Assembly (NCBI GenBank): GCA_963756875.1
Contig: CAVWPA010000001.1
Location: forward strand, 320,001-384,000
DNA length: 64,000 bases
Direction of reading: 5' to 3'
Source: an uncultured Verrucomicrobiae bacterium
Lineage (GTDB): Bacteria; Verrucomicrobiota; Verrucomicrobiia; Chthoniobacterales; UBA10450
In this document: positions 19,402 to 28,508 of the stretch, in pieces
Layout: each line of letters opens with the position of its first letter
Numbering within the stretch: the first letter of the stretch is position 1
Notes under the pieces: model-generated
What the model was told of the DNA's origin: nothing
What the model saw: only the letters and a program-made list of their open reading frames with translations
Databases searched by the model: none
Position numbers and translations under genes: made by a program

Positions 19402-21045
19402 GTGAATCGGCAGAATAGAAATCGGGGCGACGGCAAAGGAAAGCGAATTCCTTCCTTCCTCCTGATCTTGATCATGATCCTGCTCATGATCGTGTCCAAT
19501 TCTCGCGCGGCCGATCCATCGTCCCTCGCTGCGTTAACGGTTGTCGTTTACAACAAAGACTCCGATGACTCGACTGAGCTCGCGAAATTCTACGCAAAGG
19601 CACGCGGCATTCCGCGCGATCATCTGGTCGCGTTGAGCTGTCCCATCGAAGAGGAGATCACCCGCGAACAGTATGAAGCGATGATTGCCGATCCGCTTCG
19701 CGAAGCTTTCGAGAAGCGGCACTGGTGGACGATGCGCGAAACGGCGGAGGAAAAAAAGAGCATCCTGACCACGTCGATCCGTTTCGTGGCGGTGGTCAGG
19801 GGCGTGCCGCTAAAAATTAGCGCTGCGACCACGCCCTATCCTGGGGACGTGCCGGACGGCGGGCCGATAAACAACCGGAACGAAGCTTCGGTCGATTCCG
19901 AGATCGCAGCGCTCGGTTTTTTAACCCCGCAAATCTCCGGTGTGACCGCGAACCCCTATTACCAGAACTTTCGGCTCATCGCCGATTTTGATGATCCCGA
20001 ATTGTTGCTCGTTTGCCGGCTGGACGCTCCGACGGCTGCAACCGTACGGCGAATGATTGTTGACAGTATCGCAGCGGAGAAGAATGGACTTTGGGGACGC
20101 GCTTATGTCGATGGCGCGCACAACACAGCTCCCGGTCTTGGCGTCGGCGATGCATGGCTGGCCGATATTGCGGGACAGCTTCACAAGGTCGGTGTTCCGG
20201 TTGTTTATGAAAATACGCCAGCAGTCTTTCCGAATGGCTATCCGATGAGCGACTGCGCTCTTTACTACGGCTGGTATGCTGGTGGAATCACCGGCCCATT
20301 CATGGAACCGGACTTTCGTTTCGTGCCGGGCGCCATTGCGGTGCATATCCATTCTTACAGCGCGAGCACATTGCGCAGCCCGACCTCCGGATGGGCCGGG
20401 CCGCTCGTTTCGAGAGGCGCCGCTGCGACCATGGGTAACGTTTATGAGCCGTATCTTCAGCTCACTACGCATCTCAATATCTTTAACGATCGGCTACTTC
20501 ATGGGTTCACGTTTGCGGAAAGTGCTTACATGGCGACCGCGGCCCTTTCGTGGATGAACGTAATGGTGGGCGACCCTCTTTATCGGCCTTACGCATCGTG
20601 GCTGCAGTTGGAGGGCGGGCATGAGTCGGGCAAAAAGGCGTCGAATTGGAAGGCCTATCACGAGTTCGCGGTGAAAAACATTTCCAAGCCGGAGCCCGAA
20701 TATCGCAAGCTCGCCCGCTTTGTGGCTTCGCGGTCCTGCAACGGTCCGATGCTCGAAGATCTCGGCCAGATGGAAGAGACGGACGCTAATTCTGCATCCG
20801 CGACAAGCTATTTTCTGCAGGCGCGCGCCTGCTATTCGAAGCGGGACGACATTCTCCGGGTGGTCCTGGAAGAAGCGAACGGATGGATCGAGCAGAAGAA
20901 ATTGAAGCGCGCGCGTGACCTGGTGCGCAGCACGCTGCGGATTGTGCCCGACGCGCCATCGGCGCCCTTGCTCAGAAAAATCGAACAGGAATTAAAGACG
21001 CCGGCAATCGGTTCGGTGCCGAAACCTTCGCCGCAGAGGCCCTGA
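19402..21045 (+). CDS. TIGR03790-family protein (PVC-typical, exported)
   Basis: VVVYN..SxELAKFYAKARGIP, RGVPLKI, EASVDSE, LVCRLD, YYGWY, GAIAVHIHS, GNVYEPYL, SWMNVMVGDPLYRP. Start uncertain. Confidence 0.8.
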   Translation: MNRQNRNRGDGKGKRIPSFLLILIMILLMIVSNSRAADPSSLAALTVVVYNKDSDDSTELAKFYAKARGIPRDHLVALSCPIEEEITREQYEAMIADPLREAFEKRHWWTMRETAEEKKSILTTSIRFVAVVRGVPLKISAATTPYPGDVPDGGPINNRNEASVDSEIAALGFLTPQISGVTANPYYQNFRLIADFDDPELLLVCRLDAPTAATVRRMIVDSIAAEKNGLWGRAYVDGAHNTAPGLGVGDAWLADIAGQLHKVGVPVVYENTPAVFPNGYPMSDCALYYGWYAGGITGPFMEPDFRFVPGAIAVHIHSYSASTLRSPTSGWAGPLVSRGAAATMGNVYEPYLQLTTHLNIFNDRLLHGFTFAESAYMATAALSWMNVMVGDPLYRPYASWLQLEGGHESGKKASNWKAYHEFAVKNISKPEPEYRKLARFVASRSCNGPMLEDLGQMEETDANSASATSYFLQARACYSKRDDILRVVLEEANGWIEQKKLKRARDLVRSTLRIVPDAPSAPLLRKIEQELKTPAIGSVPKPSPQRP

Positions 21046-21127
21046 GCAGGAAGTCCGGGTAACGAATAGTGTGGTATCGGCATCCTGCCGATGTTTGTTC
21101 ACGGACTGGAAGGCCGTGCCGCGCAAT

Positions 21128-21907
21128 CTAACGAATGATTCCGCGCTCGCTGGTTTCTATGAATTCGACGATCTGCCCAATCTCCTCGGTCTGTGGCAAT
21201 TCCTTGTGCACCGCGTCGATCGCCTGCCGCGTGTTGTATTTCGAACGATAAATCAGGCGAAACGCTTCCTTAATCCACTTCACGTTCTCGGCCGGAAAAT
21301 TCTTCCGCTCCAATCCAACCAGATTAACTCCCCGAATCTTCGCAGGATTTCCGTCGGCGATCATGAATGGCGGCACATCCTGCACGATCTTGGAGCAGCC
21401 GCCGGTGATGGCGAAGCGTCCGATGCGGCAAAACTGATGAACGGCGGTCAGTCCGCCCATCACGGCGTTGTCCCCCACATGGACATGACCAGCCAGGGTG
21501 CCGTTGTTTGAAAACACCACTTCGTTGCCGACCTGGCAATCGTGCCCAATGTGGCTGTATGCGAGAAAATTTCCGCGGTGGCCGACGCGGGTTTTGCCTT
21601 CGCTCGTGGTGCTGCGATTGATGGTGACGAATTCGCGAAATGTATTCTCATCGCCGATTTCAAGATACGTCGGTTCGCCGCGATACTTTAAGTCCTGCGT
21701 TAGCTGCCCGATCGAGCAATAAGCGTAAAACTTGTTCCCCGCGCCGCCGCGCATCGGTCCACAAAGCGTGACATGATGCTGGAGCCAGCAATTCTCGCCC
21801 AGCACAACATCGGCGGCGATGACGCAATAGGGACCAATCGTCGTGCCGGCACCGATTTCCGCGCGTCCATCAACAATGGCCGTCGGATGAATCTGCGCGC
21901 CGCTCAT
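21128..21907 (-). CDS. lpxA: UDP-N-acetylglucosamine O-acyltransferase
   Basis: Hexapeptide repeats; QDLKY, REFVTINR, HIGHDC, AVHQF, QDVPPF. Confidence 0.96.
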   Translation of the reverse strand: MSGAQIHPTAIVDGRAEIGAGTTIGPYCVIAADVVLGENCWLQHHVTLCGPMRGGAGNKFYAYCSIGQLTQDLKYRGEPTYLEIGDENTFREFVTINRSTTSEGKTRVGHRGNFLAYSHIGHDCQVGNEVVFSNNGTLAGHVHVGDNAVMGGLTAVHQFCRIGRFAITGGCSKIVQDVPPFMIADGNPAKIRGVNLVGLERKNFPAENVKWIKEAFRLIYRSKYNTRQAIDAVHKELPQTEEIGQIVEFIETSERGIIR

Positions 21908-21934
21908 GTTTCCATCGTGAATTTCATTTTCTGT

Positions 21935-23122
21935 TTAGGGCACATTGTAAAAGTGTTCGACGCGGAGGATCAAAAATGTGGTTGGACTGTAGACATTGCC
22001 AACAACGAACAACTGATAGAATTGAAGAGCGTCCATCAGAACCATGAAAGCGACCCCGGCAACCAGCGCGCGTCGCGCCCAGCCTTTGCCAAACTTGGCC
22101 GTCAAATATATAGCGCATGCCGCCGCCGCGAACCGCAGAAACATGTCGGCAAAAAGAATGAGCCGCACATTCACGACTGGCATTTGGCCGAAAAGCAATA
22201 CGGCTCCCGCGAAGTAGATGAGGGCGATGTTGCGCCCATGGCGGGACGCGCCGTCTTGCGGCGCGGAGAAGCCGACCATTCCCGCTACAAAAACGATTGG
22301 CGCGATGGCAAGGAAATCCAGCAAGTAGCGAAACCAGGGGCCCTTTTCGTAATTAACAGTGTACTCGAGCGTCTGTTGCAGGCCGGCGTAGGTACGATAC
22401 GTGCCAATAAAAACGCCAGGCCCGCCACAGATCGCGATTTCGATGATGAGATAAATTGCCGGGGCAGCAAACAGCGGCAGCAACAGCCAGGGGGTGGTCC
22501 GCAGTCGCATCGCCCAAAAGTAGTACGCGGCCGCAATCCCCATCAGCGGATAAAGCAGCAACGACGATTCTTTAGTCAGCAATGCAAGCGACAGCAAACC
22601 GCCGAGTATGCAAAAGTCGAATATCGATCTTTGGCGCCAGCAGCGATCGAAAAAGTAGAGGCATGCCAGCATCAATAGTGCCGCAAAACTGTCTTGCGTG
22701 GCGCGACGAGAAAGCGCGGCAGCAAGCGGAGAACTGACGAGAAGGATTCCACAGAGGATGGACATTTTGTTCCCGGCAAGCTTTCCGGCGAATAGTGCGC
22801 CGAGAAGAACGAAGGCCAGCCCGGATACGAACGAAAGCCAAGCCAGGTTATCGGCATTAAAGCCGCCAAGGATCTTGCACGTGACCATGGCCGGAATAAG
22901 AAATCCTACCCGCAACATGAGTGGCGATTTCTGGAGGTTTTCGTTGATCGGATAATCGTGCAGCCATTGGTGGATGCCGGATACCCCGCCCCTATCAAGG
23001 GTCTGCGCAAAGACGACGTAAGCGCGTTCGTCCCAGCCGGTTCGTTTTACGCCAAACATTGTCGGGAGGCGCACGGCAACGGTAATGACCAGCAAAAGCA
23101 GCATCCACGTCTTCGCGCTCAT
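21935..23122 (-). CDS. GT-C fold (ArnT/PMT-like) multi-pass membrane glycosyltransferase
   Basis: WDE motif after the first TM, LALLTKES, and about 10 TM segments. Start 23122 or 23146. Confidence 0.7.
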   Translation of the reverse strand: MSAKTWMLLLLVITVAVRLPTMFGVKRTGWDERAYVVFAQTLDRGGVSGIHQWLHDYPINENLQKSPLMLRVGFLIPAMVTCKILGGFNADNLAWLSFVSGLAFVLLGALFAGKLAGNKMSILCGILLVSSPLAAALSRRATQDSFAALLMLACLYFFDRCWRQRSIFDFCILGGLLSLALLTKESSLLLYPLMGIAAAYYFWAMRLRTTPWLLLPLFAAPAIYLIIEIAICGGPGVFIGTYRTYAGLQQTLEYTVNYEKGPWFRYLLDFLAIAPIVFVAGMVGFSAPQDGASRHGRNIALIYFAGAVLLFGQMPVVNVRLILFADMFLRFAAAACAIYLTAKFGKGWARRALVAGVAFMVLMDALQFYQLFVVGNVYSPTTFLILRVEHFYNVP

Positions 23123-23135
23123 CCTGTGGAGATCC

Positions 23136-24461
23136 TTACCGATCAAGAAATGTGAACATTAATTCGCCTTCTGAAACGACGGCATCGTTGACGACGCAGT
23201 GACATTTTGCCTTCGCCAGGCGTTCGCCACGGTGCTTGGTCAGCTCGGCGTGGATAAAGATCGTGTCGCCGGGGAATACCGGTTTGCGAAATTTTACGTC
23301 GTCGGCGCTCATAAAGTAACCGATGCGGCTGGTCGTTTTCGCGAGCTTGAACAATAAGAGACTCGCGACCTGGGCCATCGCTTCCACCTGCATCACGCCA
23401 GGCATGACCGGATGCCCGGGGAAATGTCCCTGAAAAAATGGCTCGTTAATGGTTACTGATTTCACTCCGATGCATTTTGTTCCATCGTTCTCGAAGCTAA
23501 TGATTCTATCCACCATCAAGAACGGATAGCGATGCGGCAGAATTTGCAGGATTTCCTCGCTATCGAGGCCGCCATCGCCCTTCGGAACTACGCGCGGAAC
23601 GGCGAGGGCTGTTCTGCGTGCCTGCTCGCGTGCGAGGAGGCGGGCCAGCTCCGCGTTGACGGCGTGGCCCGGTTTTACGGCGATGACATGACCGCGAATA
23701 CGGCGGCCAACCAACGCCAGGTCACCGACGATATCGAGGATTTTATGCCTGACGAATTCGTCCGGGAAACGGAGCGGTTCCTTGCTCAGGACCGCGTCGC
23801 CTCGCAGCACCACCGCGTTTTCCAGGCTTCCCCCTTTGATCAAATTTTTTTCCATGAGCGGTTCGACGTCTTCGTAATAAACAAACGTCCGGGCGGCCGC
23901 GATCTCCCGCTCGAACAGAGCGGGCGTGATTTCCATCGACAAAAACTGGGTAAAACGGTTGTTCGGCCCCGCCTGCGTGCATGAGATGCGGAACTTATCG
24001 TCCGGCAACAAAACGAGGAGGCCGCCGCTCTTTGATTCGACATGCACCGGTTCGCGCGGCTCGAAAAACTTTCGCGGCGCTTCCTGCGCGGTCAATCCTG
24101 CTTTCTTAATGGCATCAACGTACGGCCGCGCGCTGCCGTCGCCGATTGGTGGCTCGTTTGCGTCCATTTCGACGATGGCGTTGTCCACGCCCATTGCGGA
24201 GAGAGCGGCCAAAACGTGCTCGACGGTGTGCACGCGCACTGAGCCTTCGCCGATCGTGGTGGCGCGCTCGACGGTTTTTAAATTGTCGATGCTGGCGTCG
24301 ATTGTCGGCTCATCCTGCAAATCCTTTCGCTTAAATTTAATTCCGTGATCGACCGGCGCAGCGTGCAACTTCAGCGAGACCTTTTCGCCTGTATGCAGTG
24401 ACGTGCCGCTGAATCCGGCGGTCTTGGCAAGGGTATGTTGAAACTCAACAGAGGCGGGCAT
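23136..24461 (-). CDS. lpxC-fabZ: Bifunctional LpxC deacetylase / FabZ dehydratase
   Basis: LpxC motifs TVEHVLAA, IGDGSA, ARTF, HKILD; FabZ motifs LPHRYPFLMVD, FFQGHFP..PVMPGV, KFRKPV.PGD. Confidence 0.96.
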   Translation of the reverse strand: MPASVEFQHTLAKTAGFSGTSLHTGEKVSLKLHAAPVDHGIKFKRKDLQDEPTIDASIDNLKTVERATTIGEGSVRVHTVEHVLAALSAMGVDNAIVEMDANEPPIGDGSARPYVDAIKKAGLTAQEAPRKFFEPREPVHVESKSGGLLVLLPDDKFRISCTQAGPNNRFTQFLSMEITPALFEREIAAARTFVYYEDVEPLMEKNLIKGGSLENAVVLRGDAVLSKEPLRFPDEFVRHKILDIVGDLALVGRRIRGHVIAVKPGHAVNAELARLLAREQARRTALAVPRVVPKGDGGLDSEEILQILPHRYPFLMVDRIISFENDGTKCIGVKSVTINEPFFQGHFPGHPVMPGVMQVEAMAQVASLLLFKLAKTTSRIGYFMSADDVKFRKPVFPGDTIFIHAELTKHRGERLAKAKCHCVVNDAVVSEGELMFTFLDR

Positions 24462-24504
24462 AAGCGCTTAAGTAACAAAGATTTTGGGTCGTGACCAGCG
24501 TCAC

Positions 24505-24671
24505 AAAACCTCCAGGTTCCAACCTCCAAACACCAGGGAAACTCCAAATCTCAAGCTCCAGTCCAAAACTGTAGCTCAGCAGCTGCGTGGCTAAGGCGGG
24601 TTCGGCGTTTTCTTTTTAAAGCTTGGTTATTGGAGCTTCCCTGGAACTTGGGGTTTGGGATTTGGTGCTTT
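24505..24671. repeat. Inverted heptamer-array element (CCAANCT/TTGGNGC family), copy 1
   Basis: Left arm ...ccaacctccaaacaccagggaaactccaaatctcaagctcca; right arm ttggagcttccctggaacttggggtttgggatttggtgcttt; sibling at 39082-39204. Confidence 0.75.
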
Positions 24672-24709
24672 CAACTATCGCGAAATTTGGGTTCTGCGGT
24701 TCATCGTTG

Positions 24710-25576
24710 TCATTGCAATTCGACAAACCCGCAGTCGAAAGCCATGATCTTGTCGATGTTCGAGACGCGGAATTGTTCCACCACCGCGCCGTCATCCTGC
24801 CAGACGTACACGGATTTTTTGCCGCTTTTTGCGATCCATGCCCGAACCAGATGCGGGGTCTTGCTGACAGTGTAAAGCGGCAAATCGTCCATCGTTTTGA
24901 TAAAGCAGCCTTTGGCGTCGAACCCCACGCCGAGATCGATCACCGACCGTGTGTCGTTCAGGAGTGGATTAGCCACCAGCCTCACTGGCGCATGATCCGA
25001 ATCGATCGGCGGCGGTGCCGTCGCCTTTCCAAGATCCTGAACCTTGATGTCGCCAACCATGTAACCACGGGCGCGATATCGTCCCGCCGGCAAATAGCCG
25101 CCCGCGTCGTCCGTCCCATCCCAGGTGGTCGTTAGCGCGTCGGCTTCCGCGATGAAACTGTCGATTTTTGCATCTCGAAACAAAACGCGCACCAGGTCCC
25201 GATTGGCGTCGAAAATACCGAGGCTGATCGTTCCGTGCATCGGCGGCGGAACGAAAGTGAGGCGCACGGTTCGAGTCGGAGTGGGGATAGGCGCGAGCGA
25301 TGGCGTTTGCTCAGGGGTTGGCGACGCTATTTCTCCCGGTGTGGCCGAAGCCGTTCCCCCGGGTGTGGCGGAAGCCGCGCCCCCGGGGGCGACCGAAGCC
25401 GTTTGTTCGGGCGTTGGCGAAACTGTCGCCACGGGCGATGGCGCGGAGATGGGAGTTTGAGTGGCTGTCGGCGAAGGCGTCGGACTCGGCGAATTCTGTG
25501 CGCCTGCCAGCGCCGCCATCCCCAGCCAGCACGCAAAAATCAGCAATCCGTAATTGGCACTCCGCAATTTAAACAT
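24710..25576 (-). CDS. Exported hypothetical protein with a Pro/Thr/Ser/Ala-repeat linker and FlgD-Ig-like domain
   Basis: Signal peptide; (G/T)ASATPG repeats; ISLGIFD...LVRVL...WDGTDDAG..LPAGRY. Confidence 0.65.
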   Translation of the reverse strand: MFKLRSANYGLLIFACWLGMAALAGAQNSPSPTPSPTATQTPISAPSPVATVSPTPEQTASVAPGGAASATPGGTASATPGEIASPTPEQTPSLAPIPTPTRTVRLTFVPPPMHGTISLGIFDANRDLVRVLFRDAKIDSFIAEADALTTTWDGTDDAGGYLPAGRYRARGYMVGDIKVQDLGKATAPPPIDSDHAPVRLVANPLLNDTRSVIDLGVGFDAKGCFIKTMDDLPLYTVSKTPHLVRAWIAKSGKKSVYVWQDDGAVVEQFRVSNIDKIMAFDCGFVELQ

Positions 25577-27188
25577 AGTAGCGCCAGTTCACGTTCGGGA
25601 AAAGGTTGTCTCGCGATTCACAATCGGCCAGGAATTTTTCATCGACATGGTTTGCGATCAACTCATCGTGCAATCGATTGAAACGGACAAGGTGATCCTT
25701 GGTCCGTTTTGTCGCATATTCCCTGGCGGTATTTGTTTTCATTAAGAATGCCCAATCGCTCGCCTGCGCGAGCAACAGTTCGCGCGCCAGTTGCTTCAGC
25801 GCACGCTCGGTAAATTGTAGGGCAGGCGCTCCGCCTGCCGACTCTTCGGCCGGCAACCGGAGCGGTTGCCCTACAATCGCTGAATATTTTTTCGCAATTT
25901 CCTCCATTTGTCGCGCGGCTGTCTGCAGGTGCGGATAAATCCAGACGTTGCTCGGATCGAGCCAGACACCCAGGTGTCCTTTTTCGCCCCACGTCGATGG
26001 CGCCGCCTCGATCGTCTGTTGCGTTGGATGTGCGGCCAGATATTCGCTTGGAGTCGTCAGGTTGAAGTCTTGCTGATCGAAAGCCGCTTTGCGAATGAAA
26101 AGCTCGAGAAAGCGCGGTCCTTCAAACCACCAATGACCGAATAATTCCGCATCGAATGGCACCACGACGATTGGATCGCCCGGTAGCGCCGCCGCTTGCC
26201 GCAGTTGCGAACGCCGGTCCTGAAGAAAATGGGCTGCGTGCTTTTCAGCGGCTTCGTCTGCTGCCGCCCGATCGTAAAGTTCCTTCTCAACCCCGGCGCC
26301 GGTGATCCGGTGATATTTGACGCCGGAGAATTTGCGCATGCCGCGCGCGACCGGTCCCAGGTGCTCGAGAGGAAGGTCGAACCCGATGTCCCGATAGAAT
26401 TCGCGATAAGCCGGATCCCCCGGATAGCCTTCTTTTGCGCTCCAAACCTGCCGGCTCGAGTCGCGGTCCCGTGCAAAAGCCGCAGGGCCCGCGGCCGTGT
26501 AGCACGGCGCGTAGATTGCGCGACGCGGCCGCGGATGTCCAAAGAGGAGACCATGGGCGTCGAGAACGAACCAGCGGATGTTCGCTTCCTGAAAAATCGA
26601 TTCCAGCCAGGGCGCGTAAGCGCACTCAGGCAACCAGAAGCCGGCCGGATCGGCATGGAAAAATTCGGTGTACACATCGCGACCGATCAGAATCTGCGCT
26701 CGTGCCGCTGTGCGCGAATGCAGGGGTAACGCGGCATGTGTCGCGGCTGAGGCGATGATTTCAAGCGCGCCGCTGTCTCGAATTTGCCGAAAGGCTTCGA
26801 GCAAATCGCACTTCCATTCGTCGACAAAGAACCGGCGGGTTTCGGAAAACATGTTGAAATAGAAATCGGACAGCTCCCGCAGCTGTGGGTCGTGGCGGTT
26901 GCGTTTTCGCTCGCGCGCGGCCAAGTCGATCAGAAGATCGATATGTTGAATGTAGCGTTCGCGCAGAAGCTCGTCCTGCAACATTGCGCACAGGGTCGGT
27001 GTAATCGACATCGTGAGTTTGAATGGAACGTTGTCGTGAACGAGCCGCTGCATCATGCGCAGCAACGGGACATATGTCTCGGTGATCGCTTCGAAGAGCC
27101 ACGTTTCCTCGAGAAAATGTTCCTGCTCCGGGTGCCTGACGAATGGCAAATGCGCGTGAAGAATGAGCGCGAGAGAACCGGAAGGCAT
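25569..27188 (-). CDS. GH57 1,4-alpha-glucan branching enzyme (DUF1957) with an in-frame REPIN insertion
   Basis: LHAHLPFV, WLFEAITETY, GFWLPECAY, YREFYRD, PFDAELFGHWWFEG, LAQASDWAF. Confidence 0.93.
   Translation of the reverse strand: MPSGSLALILHAHLPFVRHPEQEHFLEETWLFEAITETYVPLLRMMQRLVHDNVPFKLTMSITPTLCAMLQDELLRERYIQHIDLLIDLAARERKRNRHDPQLRELSDFYFNMFSETRRFFVDEWKCDLLEAFRQIRDSGALEIIASAATHAALPLHSRTAARAQILIGRDVYTEFFHADPAGFWLPECAYAPWLESIFQEANIRWFVLDAHGLLFGHPRPRRAIYAPCYTAAGPAAFARDRDSSRQVWSAKEGYPGDPAYREFYRDIGFDLPLEHLGPVARGMRKFSGVKYHRITGAGVEKELYDRAAADEAAEKHAAHFLQDRRSQLRQAAALPGDPIVVVPFDAELFGHWWFEGPRFLELFIRKAAFDQQDFNLTTPSEYLAAHPTQQTIEAAPSTWGEKGHLGVWLDPSNVWIYPHLQTAARQMEEIAKKYSAIVGQPLRLPAEESAGGAPALQFTERALKQLARELLLAQASDWAFLMKTNTAREYATKRTKDHLVRFNRLHDELIANHVDEKFLADCESRDNLFPNVNWRYYV
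25816..25875. repeat. GTAG REP doublet (REPIN) inside the GH57 CDS
   Basis: TGTAGGGCAGGCGCTCCGCCTGCC ... GGCAACCGGAGCGGTTGCCCTACA; 60 bp. Confidence 0.85.
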
Positions 27189-27195
27189 TTAGATG

Positions 27196-27305
27196 TTGCG
27201 GAATGCGGATTGCGGAATGCGGATTAGATCCGCGTGCCCGGCAAATCCAGGGTCGAATTGCTCCTGCTCCCGCAATTTGCAATCCGCAGTCCGAACTCCG
27301 CAATT
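27196..27305. repeat. Inverted heptamer arrays (TGCGGA(A/T) / CAATCCG family)
   Basis: tgcggaa tgcggat tgcggaa tgcggat ... cgcaatttgcaatccgcagtccgaactccgcaatt. Confidence 0.75.
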
Positions 27306-27306
27306 G

Positions 27307-28470
27307 TTAGAGCGTCCGGCAAAAGTCCTGGAACCGGTCGAGGCCTTTTTTAATGACGTCGATACTCGTGGCGTAACTCAAACGAACGGTCCGATCGTCG
27401 CCGAAGGCTACTCCGGGGACGACGGCGACATTGGCCTTGCTGAGCAAGCGATCGGCAAAGTTTTGCGAGGTGAGTCCGAGCTGGCTGATGTTGACCAGAA
27501 CATAAAATGCGCCTTCCGGTTTGACCGCGGTCACATTCGGGATTTTCGACACGCGATCGAACATGTAGTTGCGGCGCATATCGAATTCCTCACGCATATC
27601 GGCCACCGGCTGCTGGTCGCCTTTCAACGCGGCCAGCCCAGCCCGTTGCACGAAAGAAGCCGGATGCGAGGTGCTGTGGCTCTGGATTGATTCCACCGCC
27701 TTGGCCACTGCTTCGGGCGCGGCCAGATAACCCAGGCGCCACCCGGTCATCGCGTACGATTTGCTGAAACCGTTGACGGTAAGGGTCAGATCGTAAGCCT
27801 CTTTTGAGAGCGAGGCGATGCTCACGTGTTTGGTATCGTCGTAAATGAGCTTTTCGTAAATCTCGTCGGACAGGATGTAGATGTCCTCCTCGGCCGCCAC
27901 CTCGACAATCGCCTGCAATTCTTCCCGGGTGTAAACCGACCCAGTCGGATTGCAGGGGCTGTTCAGGATCAACATCTTGGTCCGTGGGGTCATCGCGTTC
28001 TCGAAATCTTCGGCCCGCATCTTCCACGAATTGCGTTCCATCGTGGGTATAATCACCGGCTCCGCGCCGGCGAGCTTGACCATTTCCGGATAGCTCACCC
28101 AATAGGGCGCTGGAATGACGACTTCGTCATCGGGCTGGCAGGTCGCCAGAATGGCGTTGTAGCAAGCCTGCTTTGCGCCGCTGCTTACCACGATCTGGCT
28201 CGCCCGATAACTCAATTCGTTGTCGGCCGCCAGTTTCTCCGAGATGGCCTGACGCAATTCCGGAATCCCCGAGCTTGGCGTGTATTTGGTGAATCCGGCC
28301 TGCAGCGCTTCAATCGCCGCGGCCTTGATATGTTCCGGTGTATCGAAATCCGGTTCGCCCGCGCCGAATCCGCATACGTCCAGCCCTTCGGCTTTCATTG
28401 CTTTCGCCTTGCTGTCGATCGAAAGCGTAATTGAAGGGGTGAGTCGGGCGGCGCGGTTGGAAATTTCCAT
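27307..28470 (-). CDS. aspC: Class I aminotransferase (aspartate aminotransferase-like)
   Basis: GEPDFDTP, NSPCNPTG, SDEIY, SKSYAMTGWRLGY, VRLSYA. Start ATG 28470 (or 28494). Confidence 0.88.
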   Translation of the reverse strand: MEISNRAARLTPSITLSIDSKAKAMKAEGLDVCGFGAGEPDFDTPEHIKAAAIEALQAGFTKYTPSSGIPELRQAISEKLAADNELSYRASQIVVSSGAKQACYNAILATCQPDDEVVIPAPYWVSYPEMVKLAGAEPVIIPTMERNSWKMRAEDFENAMTPRTKMLILNSPCNPTGSVYTREELQAIVEVAAEEDIYILSDEIYEKLIYDDTKHVSIASLSKEAYDLTLTVNGFSKSYAMTGWRLGYLAAPEAVAKAVESIQSHSTSHPASFVQRAGLAALKGDQQPVADMREEFDMRRNYMFDRVSKIPNVTAVKPEGAFYVLVNISQLGLTSQNFADRLLSKANVAVVPGVAFGDDRTVRLSYATSIDVIKKGLDRFQDFCRTL

Positions 28471-28508
28471 GTCTTTGTTAGGCGATTGCAGCATTCAGGG
28501 AGCGCACA

